Part shown: in pieces, positions 49,275-58,468 of the stretch
Numbering within the stretch: the stretch's first letter is position 1
How the letters are laid out: every line of letters begins with the position of its first letter
From: Promethearchaeota archaeon
GTDB taxonomy: Archaea > Asgardarchaeota > Lokiarchaeia > Sigyniarchaeales > SOKP01
Direction of reading: 5' to 3'
Length of the DNA: 64,000 nt
NCBI GenBank assembly: GCA_008080735.1
Contig: SHMW01000010.1
Coordinates: 24,976-88,975 of the forward strand
Position numbers and translations under genes: made by a program
The notes under the pieces: model-generated
Seen by the model: only the letters and a program-made list of their open reading frames with translations
Databases searched by the model: none
What the model was told of the DNA's origin: nothing

Positions 49275-49392
49275 ATACTTAATTGTTATTTTTCAGTAAA
49301 TTTTAACTTTTTTTATTTTTTCCCAAATATAAAAGCAGTGATTTTATATTCTGGAATAATTTTAAAAGAGTAATAATTTTTAATTCTAATAG

Positions 49393-51315
49393 ATGCAAGG
49401 AGAGATAGGAGTATCAAATCGGAAAGCACCATCGTTTTTTTCTTATTTCGACCTATTAACTAATAGGGTTGTCATATACCTTGGATTAATAATCGTTCCT
49501 CTTTTGATAAGTATTGTATCAACTGTATTCAACCAATTGTACTTTGGAAGCTTTAATTTTATGGTTGCTTTAGATTATTTTTTTCAGATTTTTATAATTT
49601 TTTTTCTTAGCGAAACAATAACAATAGTTATATCCCTCGTTTATTCAAAAAAGGCTCCAATCCTTAAACTGCCTCCCCAAGGTTGGTCATTCCAATTGAA
49701 CGAGATTTTTAACTTAATTATCGGGATAATATACATTTCAGGTCATTTTTTAAGTTGGATATTAGGAAACATTACTTTTCAAGAAATATTTTTTATCTTA
49801 GGAATAATAGTTGCCTATATTGTGGCATTTGTGATTTATTTTTCTTTCACCACTGTCGGACAACCTGGTTTTTTTATACTTTCATTGTCCCAACCCGTTA
49901 TCGGGATAGTTTTGTATAGTATTTTTACCGCACAGTTTTCTGTAGATTTCTTTATAAAAGCGATTGTTTTTTGTTGTTCTTGTGCGCTTATTTTTACGAT
50001 ACCATATGCAAAAGGGTTATTCCAAGTAAGTAACATCTATAAAGAGGCCACTGGGCTTGGAGGATATAAATTTATACGTTCTTTCGTGTTATCGATGCTG
50101 ACAGAAGGAAATGATTACCAAATCGAAGAACTTTTTGATGAGGTGGGGCATAAAGCAAATATTAAGGTCCAATATCTTTTCATTAAATCCCAAAAATCGG
50201 ATAAAATTAAGGGATTGTTTGTTATTCCAGATGTGCATTTTGGGCCTTTCAAAACCTGTGGGTCTTCAGATTTGCCTGAACTGATATATAAAACGCTGGA
50301 ACGTATTCCCGGTGCAACAGTATACCATACTACCAACGACCATTCGAAAAACTTAACCAAACAATTAGAGGTAGAAAAAATAACAAAACAGATAACCCAA
50401 GACGTGAAAAAAGTTGAAAACATTTCTCAAAGTGTATGGGTTAGATATATCGGAGGATTTTCCAGGGATCTCGATAATACAGCAAAGATTCTAGGATTAA
50501 GGATCAATCAAGTTCCCATAGTAATTCTAACCAGACATCCCTTACCTTCTGATGATATTCAGTCCGAAATAGGAGCCAAAATACAAAAAGAAACGAGAGA
50601 CATGGGGTATGATGATATAATTGTTATCGATGCTCATAATTCCATAATTGGAGATGAAGTTCTGATAAAAGATGGGAGTAATGAAGCCAAAGACTTAATT
50701 AATGCTACAAAGAATTTATTACTTAAATTCAAGGAATATCCAAATGACAATGATGATACTGAAATGTTGTATGGGGTTGCAAGAGATCGGATGTTAGAAT
50801 ATAGAGAAGAAGACGGAATTGGATATGGGGGAATAATTCTGCATTTATTTCAGAATCAAAAAACTAAGCAAAAAACAGCACTTATCCATTTTGACGCAAA
50901 TAATGCGTATTCTGATATACGCTCGTATATTTTAAATATGCTTCAGAATATAGGCATTGAAAAAGGAGAAATAACCACATCAGATTCCCATACTGTCGCA
51001 CGGAAATTTACCAGTAGAGGCTATTCTCCTCTTGGGGATAAAATTAAAGTGAATGAAATCTTGAAAAAAGTCCAGAATCTTATTAGGAAAGCAGAGGAGA
51101 ATCTAGAACCCGTAGAATTCCTCTATAAACGTTCTATAATTGAAGATATAAAGATATGGGGCGAACCGAAGTATTTCGATGTTGTAATGAATACTTTGAA
51201 GGAAGCAATAAAGGTGACTCAGAGATTATTGGGATTAAGCTTGATTGCTCCCACTTTCTTTTCCTTAATTTTGTTGCTTTTTTACTATAACATCAATATT
51301 ACAGATATTATCTGA
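49393..51315 (+). CDS. DUF2070 family membrane protein
   Basis: N-terminal TM block; PDVHFGPF, GSSDLP, IDAHNS, FDANN and TSDSH motifs; C-terminal TM. Confidence 0.8.
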   Translation: MQGEIGVSNRKAPSFFSYFDLLTNRVVIYLGLIIVPLLISIVSTVFNQLYFGSFNFMVALDYFFQIFIIFFLSETITIVISLVYSKKAPILKLPPQGWSFQLNEIFNLIIGIIYISGHFLSWILGNITFQEIFFILGIIVAYIVAFVIYFSFTTVGQPGFFILSLSQPVIGIVLYSIFTAQFSVDFFIKAIVFCCSCALIFTIPYAKGLFQVSNIYKEATGLGGYKFIRSFVLSMLTEGNDYQIEELFDEVGHKANIKVQYLFIKSQKSDKIKGLFVIPDVHFGPFKTCGSSDLPELIYKTLERIPGATVYHTTNDHSKNLTKQLEVEKITKQITQDVKKVENISQSVWVRYIGGFSRDLDNTAKILGLRINQVPIVILTRHPLPSDDIQSEIGAKIQKETRDMGYDDIIVIDAHNSIIGDEVLIKDGSNEAKDLINATKNLLLKFKEYPNDNDDTEMLYGVARDRMLEYREEDGIGYGGIILHLFQNQKTKQKTALIHFDANNAYSDIRSYILNMLQNIGIEKGEITTSDSHTVARKFTSRGYSPLGDKIKVNEILKKVQNLIRKAEENLEPVEFLYKRSIIEDIKIWGEPKYFDVVMNTLKEAIKVTQRLLGLSLIAPTFFSLILLLFYYNINITDII

Positions 51316-51455
51316 TATAACGGCAAAAACCACAGAATTTTAGGATTTTAATACTAATACCCACCCAAATTTTTAAATAGAAGATTTCCATAATATTTTA
51401 TATTCCAAGTTCTTAGTAATATATGTGAATTACTAAGGGAGAGCGGTGAAATAAT

Positions 51456-52178
51456 ATTAGTTTAGATGCCTTATCTTTTCTAAACGGCTTTTTGAGTTTG
51501 ATATTTGTCATTATCAGTATCCTTGTGGGGGTTATGCTGATCTATTCATATTTTAAAAGAGAAGAGATATTTTTAGTACTAGTTGGAATAAGCATAATCG
51601 GAATTGTGAGTCCTTGGATGCCAAGTAGCATCTCTTTTCTCGTGGCCCTATTTAATGATGGGATGGGAATTCCAGAGACATTATATTATATTATAGGAAA
51701 TGTAAGTGGTCCAATCTTTATTTTTATTTGGTTAGTTGCCTTTACTGAATTTTACTATCAAAAATATAGAAAATTTGTTTTAATCGCTTCTGTTGTTTAT
51801 GGAATTTTCTTTGAAATTGTGTTTTTTGTGTTATTGATATTAGATCCAACAAATATAGGGAATTTTTATCCCCCTGTGGATGTTGAGTTTACTGGAATTT
51901 ATTTGGTATTGGCTATTTCGATAATAATGATTTTTTTTATTACAGGCATTATTTTTTCCTATGGTTCAATTAATACTGATGACCCAGAATTACGACTGAA
52001 AGGATTTTTTCTTATGGCAGCATTCATCTCATATCTTTTAGGTGCCTTTTTAGATGCTGCGGTTCAACAAAATTATATATATTTAATCGTGACCAGAGGT
52101 ATTTTAATATCTGGAGCGATTGAATGGCTCTTTGGCTTTATAACACCTAAATGGCTCAAAGATATGATATTAGATTGA
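51456..52178 (+). CDS. 7TM membrane protein, paralog of 54192-54908; probable ATT start
   Basis: Seven hydrophobic segments; homology with the paralog extends upstream of TTG 51492 (DALSFLNG vs DAFTILNG). Confidence 0.8.
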   Translation: MSLDALSFLNGFLSLIFVIISILVGVMLIYSYFKREEIFLVLVGISIIGIVSPWMPSSISFLVALFNDGMGIPETLYYIIGNVSGPIFIFIWLVAFTEFYYQKYRKFVLIASVVYGIFFEIVFFVLLILDPTNIGNFYPPVDVEFTGIYLVLAISIIMIFFITGIIFSYGSINTDDPELRLKGFFLMAAFISYLLGAFLDAAVQQNYIYLIVTRGILISGAIEWLFGFITPKWLKDMILD

Positions 52179-52424
52179 TATATATACAAATAAAAATCTA
52201 AGCTATTTTCCAGATTTTTTAATAACTCCGCTTAGATCCTTCAGTCTTTACTTTCTTTTTTTAACTATCGCGAATTACAAGTGGGTTTTTAGACATATGT
52301 GTCCTACGAAAAATATCTAAAAATTTAAAATTTCCTTCGAGCAAAAAGAATAAACCTTTAGATTTACTTACTCTTTCTATATTCAATATCTTTTACTTAA
52401 AATTAGAATAAAATTGATAATATA

Positions 52425-53924
52425 ATGGCTCATAGCTCAAAAGAAATTTCTGAATCAGATTTTGTACCTTTAAAAGAAAAACTTGCCTATTCTTTTGCAA
52501 ACATGCCGGGTACTTTTTACGGCTCTGTGATGGGACTGATACAATCGTTCTATTATGCATGGATGGGACTCCAAAATAGTTGGATTATCGTTGGTCAAAT
52601 CATATATGCTATTTGGAATGTGGTAAATGATCCCTTTTTCGGAAATATAATAAATAACACAAGATATTTTAATAAACGCCGAGGAGAGTATCAAAGATAT
52701 ATACCATATATAAAATATGGCGCGCCTTTGTTTAGTATCGCATTTGCGTTAGTTTTTTTCCCTCCTGATATTTTACGCGGAGATCCTTCACTGGGTGTCC
52801 AAATTTGGTTATTTATATGGTATTTAGTAAGCCAACTTGCGTATGATACTTTATTTACAATAGTACTATGCGCTCATGTCGCTCTCCTCCCTCAAATGAC
52901 TCTAAATCAACGAGAAAGGGAAAAAATACAAATTCTCTCCACTGTTTTTACATTACCTGGTGTGTTAATCGGTTTCATTCTTCCCTTAGTCTTTTTAGCC
53001 AATCCAACGGTAGAATCGATAGGAATGTTCCAAATTTTGGTCATTGGGATTGCTCTCTTTGGTTTAATTCCCTATATACTCTTGTCCTATGTAGTACCAG
53101 AACATTCCGAGCATATTCCTCAAGAATCTACGCCATTAATTGAGAATCTTAAATTAGCTTTTAAAAATAAATCATATGTAATCTATCTTGTGTATGATGG
53201 GGTTAGTGTGTACTTGGTAAATGTAAGCATGGCGACTCTTCCCTTTTTCCTTACTTGGGTGCTTGCTCCAATGACCACATCCGAATTAGATATGATTCTC
53301 TTTTGGATCCCTCCATTAATATGTTTAATCGCGGGTTCTTATATTCACTTAAAACTGGCCGATAAATATTCCATTAAATTAGCTCTAAGCTTTTATCAAG
53401 GGGTGATTGCAATTGGTTATTTTCTCTCATTTGCGTTAGCATTTACAGGAGAGTGGTATTTATTGTGTATAGGGTTTTCAATAGTATTTTTGGCATTTCC
53501 AGGGGATTTTATCCTTCATAATCCTATGCGCGCTGATACGATTGATTACGATTTCTGGAAAATTTCGGGAGAACGCAGAGAGGGGTTATATGCGGGTATA
53601 GGTCCCTTAATAAGTAAACCGATGATAAGTGTCGCCCTTGCGACTCCTACAACATTAATGACAGCATTCGGACTTATTTATATTGGTGGTAGCTTGCAAC
53701 CTACTCTGGGTCAATTCAATGCTTTTCTAGGGGTGAATATAGCCATGGGATTAATACCTGGGATAGTTGCGTTGATAGGCTTCGTGATATGGGTAATCGC
53801 ATATCCATTAACTGGTGAGGTGATTGATGAAATGAAAAGCGCACTGGTGAAAATCCATGAGGAGAGACGATCGGAATATTTGAAAGAATTAGGAAAACAA
53901 GAGACCAAAAAAACAGATAAATAA
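52425..53924 (+). CDS. MFS transporter, GPH/MelB-like
   Basis: KEKLAYS, WNVVNDP, ADTIDYD...GERREGLYAG. Confidence 0.88.
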   Translation: MAHSSKEISESDFVPLKEKLAYSFANMPGTFYGSVMGLIQSFYYAWMGLQNSWIIVGQIIYAIWNVVNDPFFGNIINNTRYFNKRRGEYQRYIPYIKYGAPLFSIAFALVFFPPDILRGDPSLGVQIWLFIWYLVSQLAYDTLFTIVLCAHVALLPQMTLNQREREKIQILSTVFTLPGVLIGFILPLVFLANPTVESIGMFQILVIGIALFGLIPYILLSYVVPEHSEHIPQESTPLIENLKLAFKNKSYVIYLVYDGVSVYLVNVSMATLPFFLTWVLAPMTTSELDMILFWIPPLICLIAGSYIHLKLADKYSIKLALSFYQGVIAIGYFLSFALAFTGEWYLLCIGFSIVFLAFPGDFILHNPMRADTIDYDFWKISGERREGLYAGIGPLISKPMISVALATPTTLMTAFGLIYIGGSLQPTLGQFNAFLGVNIAMGLIPGIVALIGFVIWVIAYPLTGEVIDEMKSALVKIHEERRSEYLKELGKQETKKTDK

Positions 53925-54191
53925 TACACGAGAATATATTCTTTCTCCTTAATCTTTTCGTTTTTTTATTTTTTATATTTTGAAATTATCTTAATTATAA
54001 GATACAAAAATAGTTCTTAGACCCTTCTTATAATAAAAAAATGAGTGTATAAATCGTATAAACATTCAGATTAATGTAGCAGAGAGTAAAGGTTTAAATA
54101 CAAGAGTTCTATCATAATAACTAAAAACTTTATCAAAAGAATATCAAAAATAATATCATATTGAATATTTTTTTTTCGGAGAATAGACAAA

Positions 54192-54908
54192 ATGGATGCG
54201 TTCACAATATTAAACGGAACTTTAAGCATAATTTATGTATCTATTTCGATTTTAGTGGGACTCACTATGATTTTGAGCTATAGAAAACATAAAGAAAAAT
54301 TACTGATTTTAGTGGGACTCACGTGGATTGGGATTGTGAGCCCTTGGTATCCAAGCAGTATCTCTTTCATCGTTGCTTTTTTCAATAATGGGGAAGGAAT
54401 TCCAGAGGTAGCCTATTATTTGATTGGAAACATCGCAGGACCCGTCTTTATTTTTATCTGGTTAGTAGCTTTTACCGAATTCTTTTTTCAGAGTTATCGA
54501 AAATTAATTCTAGGCGGGAGTATAGTATACGGAATCGTGTGGGAGATCTTGTTTATTTGGTTATTACTTCAAGGACCCGGAACCATCGCAGATTTTTTCC
54601 CGCCGATTGATGTGGATTATAAGGGATTTTATTTAGTATTGGCGCTTTCTGTTATCGCAATTGTATCCTCTACAGGAATTTATTTTTCCTATCGATCCAT
54701 CAAAACAGATAAACGGAAAACGAGAATAAAAGGATATTTTCTACTGGCAGCATTCATCTCTTACACGGTTGGCGCGATTCTGGATGCCGCAATACCCCAA
54801 GATTATATATATCTCATTCCAACTAGACTCATTTTGATATCGAGCGCCATTTTTTGGTATTTTGGTTTTATTATGCCAGAATTCGTAGAGAGACGACTGG
54901 AAGAATAA
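54192..54908 (+). CDS. 7TM membrane protein
   Basis: Seven hydrophobic segments, no soluble output domain; colinear with 51456-52178. Confidence 0.82.
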   Translation: MDAFTILNGTLSIIYVSISILVGLTMILSYRKHKEKLLILVGLTWIGIVSPWYPSSISFIVAFFNNGEGIPEVAYYLIGNIAGPVFIFIWLVAFTEFFFQSYRKLILGGSIVYGIVWEILFIWLLLQGPGTIADFFPPIDVDYKGFYLVLALSVIAIVSSTGIYFSYRSIKTDKRKTRIKGYFLLAAFISYTVGAILDAAIPQDYIYLIPTRLILISSAIFWYFGFIMPEFVERRLEE

Positions 54909-55031
54909 CAATCGTTGCTACCACTTTAAAAATCGTGAAATAGTATACAAATATCACCAAGGTATTACTCTTTTTTTTTATCTGGGAATATAATTTCTTT
55001 TTTAACCAACTATTTGAATTTTGAAACTATT

Positions 55032-55565
55032 ATGTTATTAAGATCAACTATTCAAGACGAAACCATTAAGGTTTCAATTATCGGGTTCCCTGCGGTCGGG
55101 AAAACAACTATGACTAAAATGTTAGCTCAAAAGGAGACCACCAAGAAGTATGTGCCTACCGCAGGATTTGATTTAAAGACCGTTAAATTTGGTCCATATA
55201 AATTAAAGATCTGGGATTTTGGAGGTCAAAAAAATTATTTGAAAAAGTATTTAGAGGATTTTGTCGTAGGTTCTGATTTGATCTTTATCGTGACCGATTC
55301 AACTCCGAAAAATGTATTAAATTCCCGCCAACTCATCGATTATGCAAAAGAGATCATGGAAGAAGAGTGTCCCATTATTGCCATTGCAAATAAGCAAGAT
55401 CTCTGTAAAAAAGATGGAAGGATGAATCATAATCGAGTGGCAGACCTACTTCATACAAAAACTATTGGACTCACCGCGATCGATTCTGATGAGCGTATAC
55501 GACTCATGAAAACAATAGAAAATGAATTGGAACAAGTATTAGAACGGAGGAACAGAAAAGAATGA
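55032..55565 (+). CDS. Small GTPase (Arf/Rab-like, Ras superfamily)
   Basis: G1 GFPAVGKTT, G2 YVPTAG, G3 WDFGGQ, G4 NKQD. Confidence 0.92.
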   Translation: MLLRSTIQDETIKVSIIGFPAVGKTTMTKMLAQKETTKKYVPTAGFDLKTVKFGPYKLKIWDFGGQKNYLKKYLEDFVVGSDLIFIVTDSTPKNVLNSRQLIDYAKEIMEEECPIIAIANKQDLCKKDGRMNHNRVADLLHTKTIGLTAIDSDERIRLMKTIENELEQVLERRNRKE

Positions 55566-56134
55566 ATTTCGATAAAAACGAACTTTTTGGAGCGGCTCTA
55601 ATTGGGTTTGATATGATCGATGGACCTTTTCTTAAGTGGAAAAAGGAATTTAAGGAGAAAGATGAAGTGGTAAAATTGGATGATTTTGCGATGAATTTCT
55701 ATTTATCCTTTCGCGGGGGGAATTCGGGAAAAAAGCCAAGAGCAATCCTTTATGATAAATTCTATATTGTTGCATTCCCAAAAGACCTTGAATTATGCTG
55801 CTTATTTATGAAACCAAAAGGGATTGAAGCAAATATCACTAAGCTCAACAAAATAGCCTCCAGAATTATGATAGAAATGGACGAGGACGAAGAGTGTGAG
55901 AGTGATGAAAAGAATCAAAAAACTGATACTGATTCTGACGAGGATACCATAGAGGAAATTAAGAGATTAATTCTCAATATGTTGAATGATACGAAAATGA
56001 GCACTCCCGAAATGAGAAAATATTTTAAGCTTACTAATGCGGAGATTTGGAAGATTATGTCGGATCTGGAAAGTTCTAAGAAAGTTGTACGTGCAGGTAA
56101 AAAAGGAAGAGCTCAGTTATGGACCGTTCCCTAA
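55562..56134 (+). CDS. Putative uDENN/longin-like domain fused to a winged-helix domain
   Basis: N-terminal ALIGFDMIDGP, acidic linker, C-terminal ILNML...STPEMRKYFKLTNAEIWKIMSDLE...VVRAGKKGRAQLW; ATGA overlap with the GTPase gene. Confidence 0.6.
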   Translation: MNFDKNELFGAALIGFDMIDGPFLKWKKEFKEKDEVVKLDDFAMNFYLSFRGGNSGKKPRAILYDKFYIVAFPKDLELCCLFMKPKGIEANITKLNKIASRIMIEMDEDEECESDEKNQKTDTDSDEDTIEEIKRLILNMLNDTKMSTPEMRKYFKLTNAEIWKIMSDLESSKKVVRAGKKGRAQLWTVP

Positions 56135-56198
56135 TCTCTACCTTTTTTTTAATCCAAATTTCATTTTTAAAATGGCTAAAAACAGATAATATGATACC

Positions 56199-57011
56199 TC
56201 AAATTTTTCTGTGAATCCATTCTTTTTCTTTTGTAAGCATTCTGGAAAACATCATATAACAGATATCTGGAAGTTCCTTATCTTGATTATGAATGGTAAT
56301 ATATCTGAGGATGTGATTGAGGAAAAAGATTCCGACAAGTTCAATATGATAACTACCAATCTTTTCGAGATTTTCGCCCGAATAGGAGATGTCTAACTCA
56401 TTTTGACTGTCGTTGTAAATAATTTCGACATAAATCTTTGGAAAGACTTCTTTCTTGAACCTCCATCCTGTCGTCGTTTTCCATACTTTTGCCCCTAAGA
56501 ATTCCTCAAGTGGTTTCTGGTCTTCTTGAGTCAAAAATTTAAAGGGCTCTTTTCTCTGCTTTAGTACCTTCTGCATCAGCTCCGTCATTTGGTCATATTT
56601 CTTTTCAAAAGGTTCTTTTCCTTTAATCCGGCGTTCGATAAAATCCATTATGATGTCAATATAGGTGGCACTATCTTCTCCAGGCACCCAATGGACTCTT
56701 TCTCCCGAAAAGAGAAATTGAAATTCAGCTTCAATTCCCATGCCAAACTCATCCCCCAAATAACTATATGCCATGTGAATATTTACTTCGGGAAACATCT
56801 CTTTGGTAATTGTCCAATCCTCACTGAATCCAATATTTTCGATTACCCCACCGATATCTTCACGGATAATTTCTTCAATTTTGTCTTTATCTGTGTCGAC
56901 GAATAATTTATGTTTCGCTTTGCTGATATCCTCAAGTTCTTTCTCGTGAGGTCCACGGACCCCCGTGGCATCGATTTGTCCCACTGTAATATACCTTGAT
57001 TTTTTAGTCAT
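56199..57011 (-). CDS. Hypothetical protein with an internal duplicated domain (possibly DUF3786-like)
   Basis: Repeats WTITKEMFPEVNIHMAY...FLFSGE and WRFKKEVFPKIYVEIIY...ISYSGE. Confidence 0.6.
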   Translation of the reverse strand: MTKKSRYITVGQIDATGVRGPHEKELEDISKAKHKLFVDTDKDKIEEIIREDIGGVIENIGFSEDWTITKEMFPEVNIHMAYSYLGDEFGMGIEAEFQFLFSGERVHWVPGEDSATYIDIIMDFIERRIKGKEPFEKKYDQMTELMQKVLKQRKEPFKFLTQEDQKPLEEFLGAKVWKTTTGWRFKKEVFPKIYVEIIYNDSQNELDISYSGENLEKIGSYHIELVGIFFLNHILRYITIHNQDKELPDICYMMFSRMLTKEKEWIHRKI

Positions 57012-57045
57012 ATTTGTTTCACACTAATCTTATCTATATTGTAAA

Positions 57046-58386
57046 TTATGCTCCTTTTTTTTTGAATTTTGCGACAAAAAATCCTTTCGTACCGTGGAGT
57101 GCGGGAAACAATCTTCCCATTCCTTCTGGTAATGTATCATTTATTCGATATGGATCAGAAAAATATTCTGGTAGATCCATTGGTATAAGCTTGTCAAGTA
57201 AATGTTTTGTTTGTAATTCTCCTTCTTCCGCATAGAGACTACAAGTCGAGTATACTAAAGTTCCTCCAGGTCTTAGGTGAGAGAATGCCGATTTTATCAA
57301 TTTCTCTTGGAGAGTTACGTTTTGATACAGAAAAGAACGATTTTGCCTCCATTTTAGTTCTGGATGTGAGGAAAAGGTTCCGCTTCCCGTGCAAGGGGCA
57401 TCCAACAAGATTTTGTCGAACTTAGTATCATTCCGCAGAGGGGGATCAATGCTGTCCCCGTTCATAATAGAAACACTAGAAGTTTTATAACTTTTAAGCA
57501 TGTCTTTCATTTCATAAACCCTTGCCAAATCAAAATCCACCGCAACAATCGTGTTTTGATTAAAGCAGAGATTTGAAAGCAAGATTGTTTTAATCCCAGG
57601 AGCAGCGCACATATCCAAGATAGAATCTTTCTTCTCGGGAGATAATAATCTAGCAATATAGGCGGAGCCTTTATCCAGAATTAGCAGATTACTTCTTTTA
57701 TAAAATCGAGTTTGGAGTATCTGGGAAACATGTGTTGAGGGAATTATAAACATTGAATTTATAATGGGATCTTCCGAAAAAGGAATTTTCTTTTCTATTA
57801 GAAATGCTTTAAAATTCTCTTTAAGATCATTCTTTATATTTCGCTGGATTTCAATTATAGCGATAGCTGTTTTTAGGTTTTCGGGTGTATCTAACTTTTC
57901 CATATTTTCAACGATAAAGTTAGGTTGTAGGTATGGCTTCAATCTTCGCAAGACAAAAGTAGGAATTGCCTTATCGATGCTGATTTTTTCTAAAATAGAT
58001 TTATTTGAAAACGCCTTTGTCCAGGAAAACGTTTGAAGTTTGCTGTAAAAATTCAACAATGATTTTTTACTCCGATTTGGAACGTGAAGCTTTATGAAAG
58101 GCTGTAAATCGTTAAGAATTTTCTCAAATGTCGCATTTTCCCAGAATTTGCGATAAATAATGAGAAAATATAGCGCTTTAATAGTGGTTGTTATATCTAC
58201 AGTGTGTTTGACGGCCCTAATCGTGTAGCTGTAAATAAAATTTATTTTATTCCAATATCTAACGATTTCGCTATAATAATGAATAGAAGTTCGGTCTTTA
58301 CGAACCTTTTCGGATAATGGGAACGTTTCTGAGTTCAAGAATCGGATTAAAAGACCTATCACTCGTTGTAACGAATCTTGGTTCAT
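57046..58386 (-). CDS. RsmB/NOP2/Sun family RNA m5C methyltransferase
   Basis: DMCAAPGIKT, DKILLDAPCTGSG, LVYSTCS, GFFVAKF. Confidence 0.92.
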   Translation of the reverse strand: MNQDSLQRVIGLLIRFLNSETFPLSEKVRKDRTSIHYYSEIVRYWNKINFIYSYTIRAVKHTVDITTTIKALYFLIIYRKFWENATFEKILNDLQPFIKLHVPNRSKKSLLNFYSKLQTFSWTKAFSNKSILEKISIDKAIPTFVLRRLKPYLQPNFIVENMEKLDTPENLKTAIAIIEIQRNIKNDLKENFKAFLIEKKIPFSEDPIINSMFIIPSTHVSQILQTRFYKRSNLLILDKGSAYIARLLSPEKKDSILDMCAAPGIKTILLSNLCFNQNTIVAVDFDLARVYEMKDMLKSYKTSSVSIMNGDSIDPPLRNDTKFDKILLDAPCTGSGTFSSHPELKWRQNRSFLYQNVTLQEKLIKSAFSHLRPGGTLVYSTCSLYAEEGELQTKHLLDKLIPMDLPEYFSDPYRINDTLPEGMGRLFPALHGTKGFFVAKFKKKGA

Positions 58387-58468
58387 TGATTTTGAAAAAA
58401 ATTATAAAGAATTGGGGAATAAATCGGTAAATGTTAAATAAAAAAAGAGTTAAGAAATTATAAATCTA

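Noticed and set aside
54030-54050. AAAAAATGAG matching the SECIS loop sequence
   Set aside because: No flanking helix or AUGA/UGAC core, and no upstream TGA-containing gene
51456-54908. 7TM proteins as rhodopsins
   Set aside because: No retinal-binding Lys motif in helix 7
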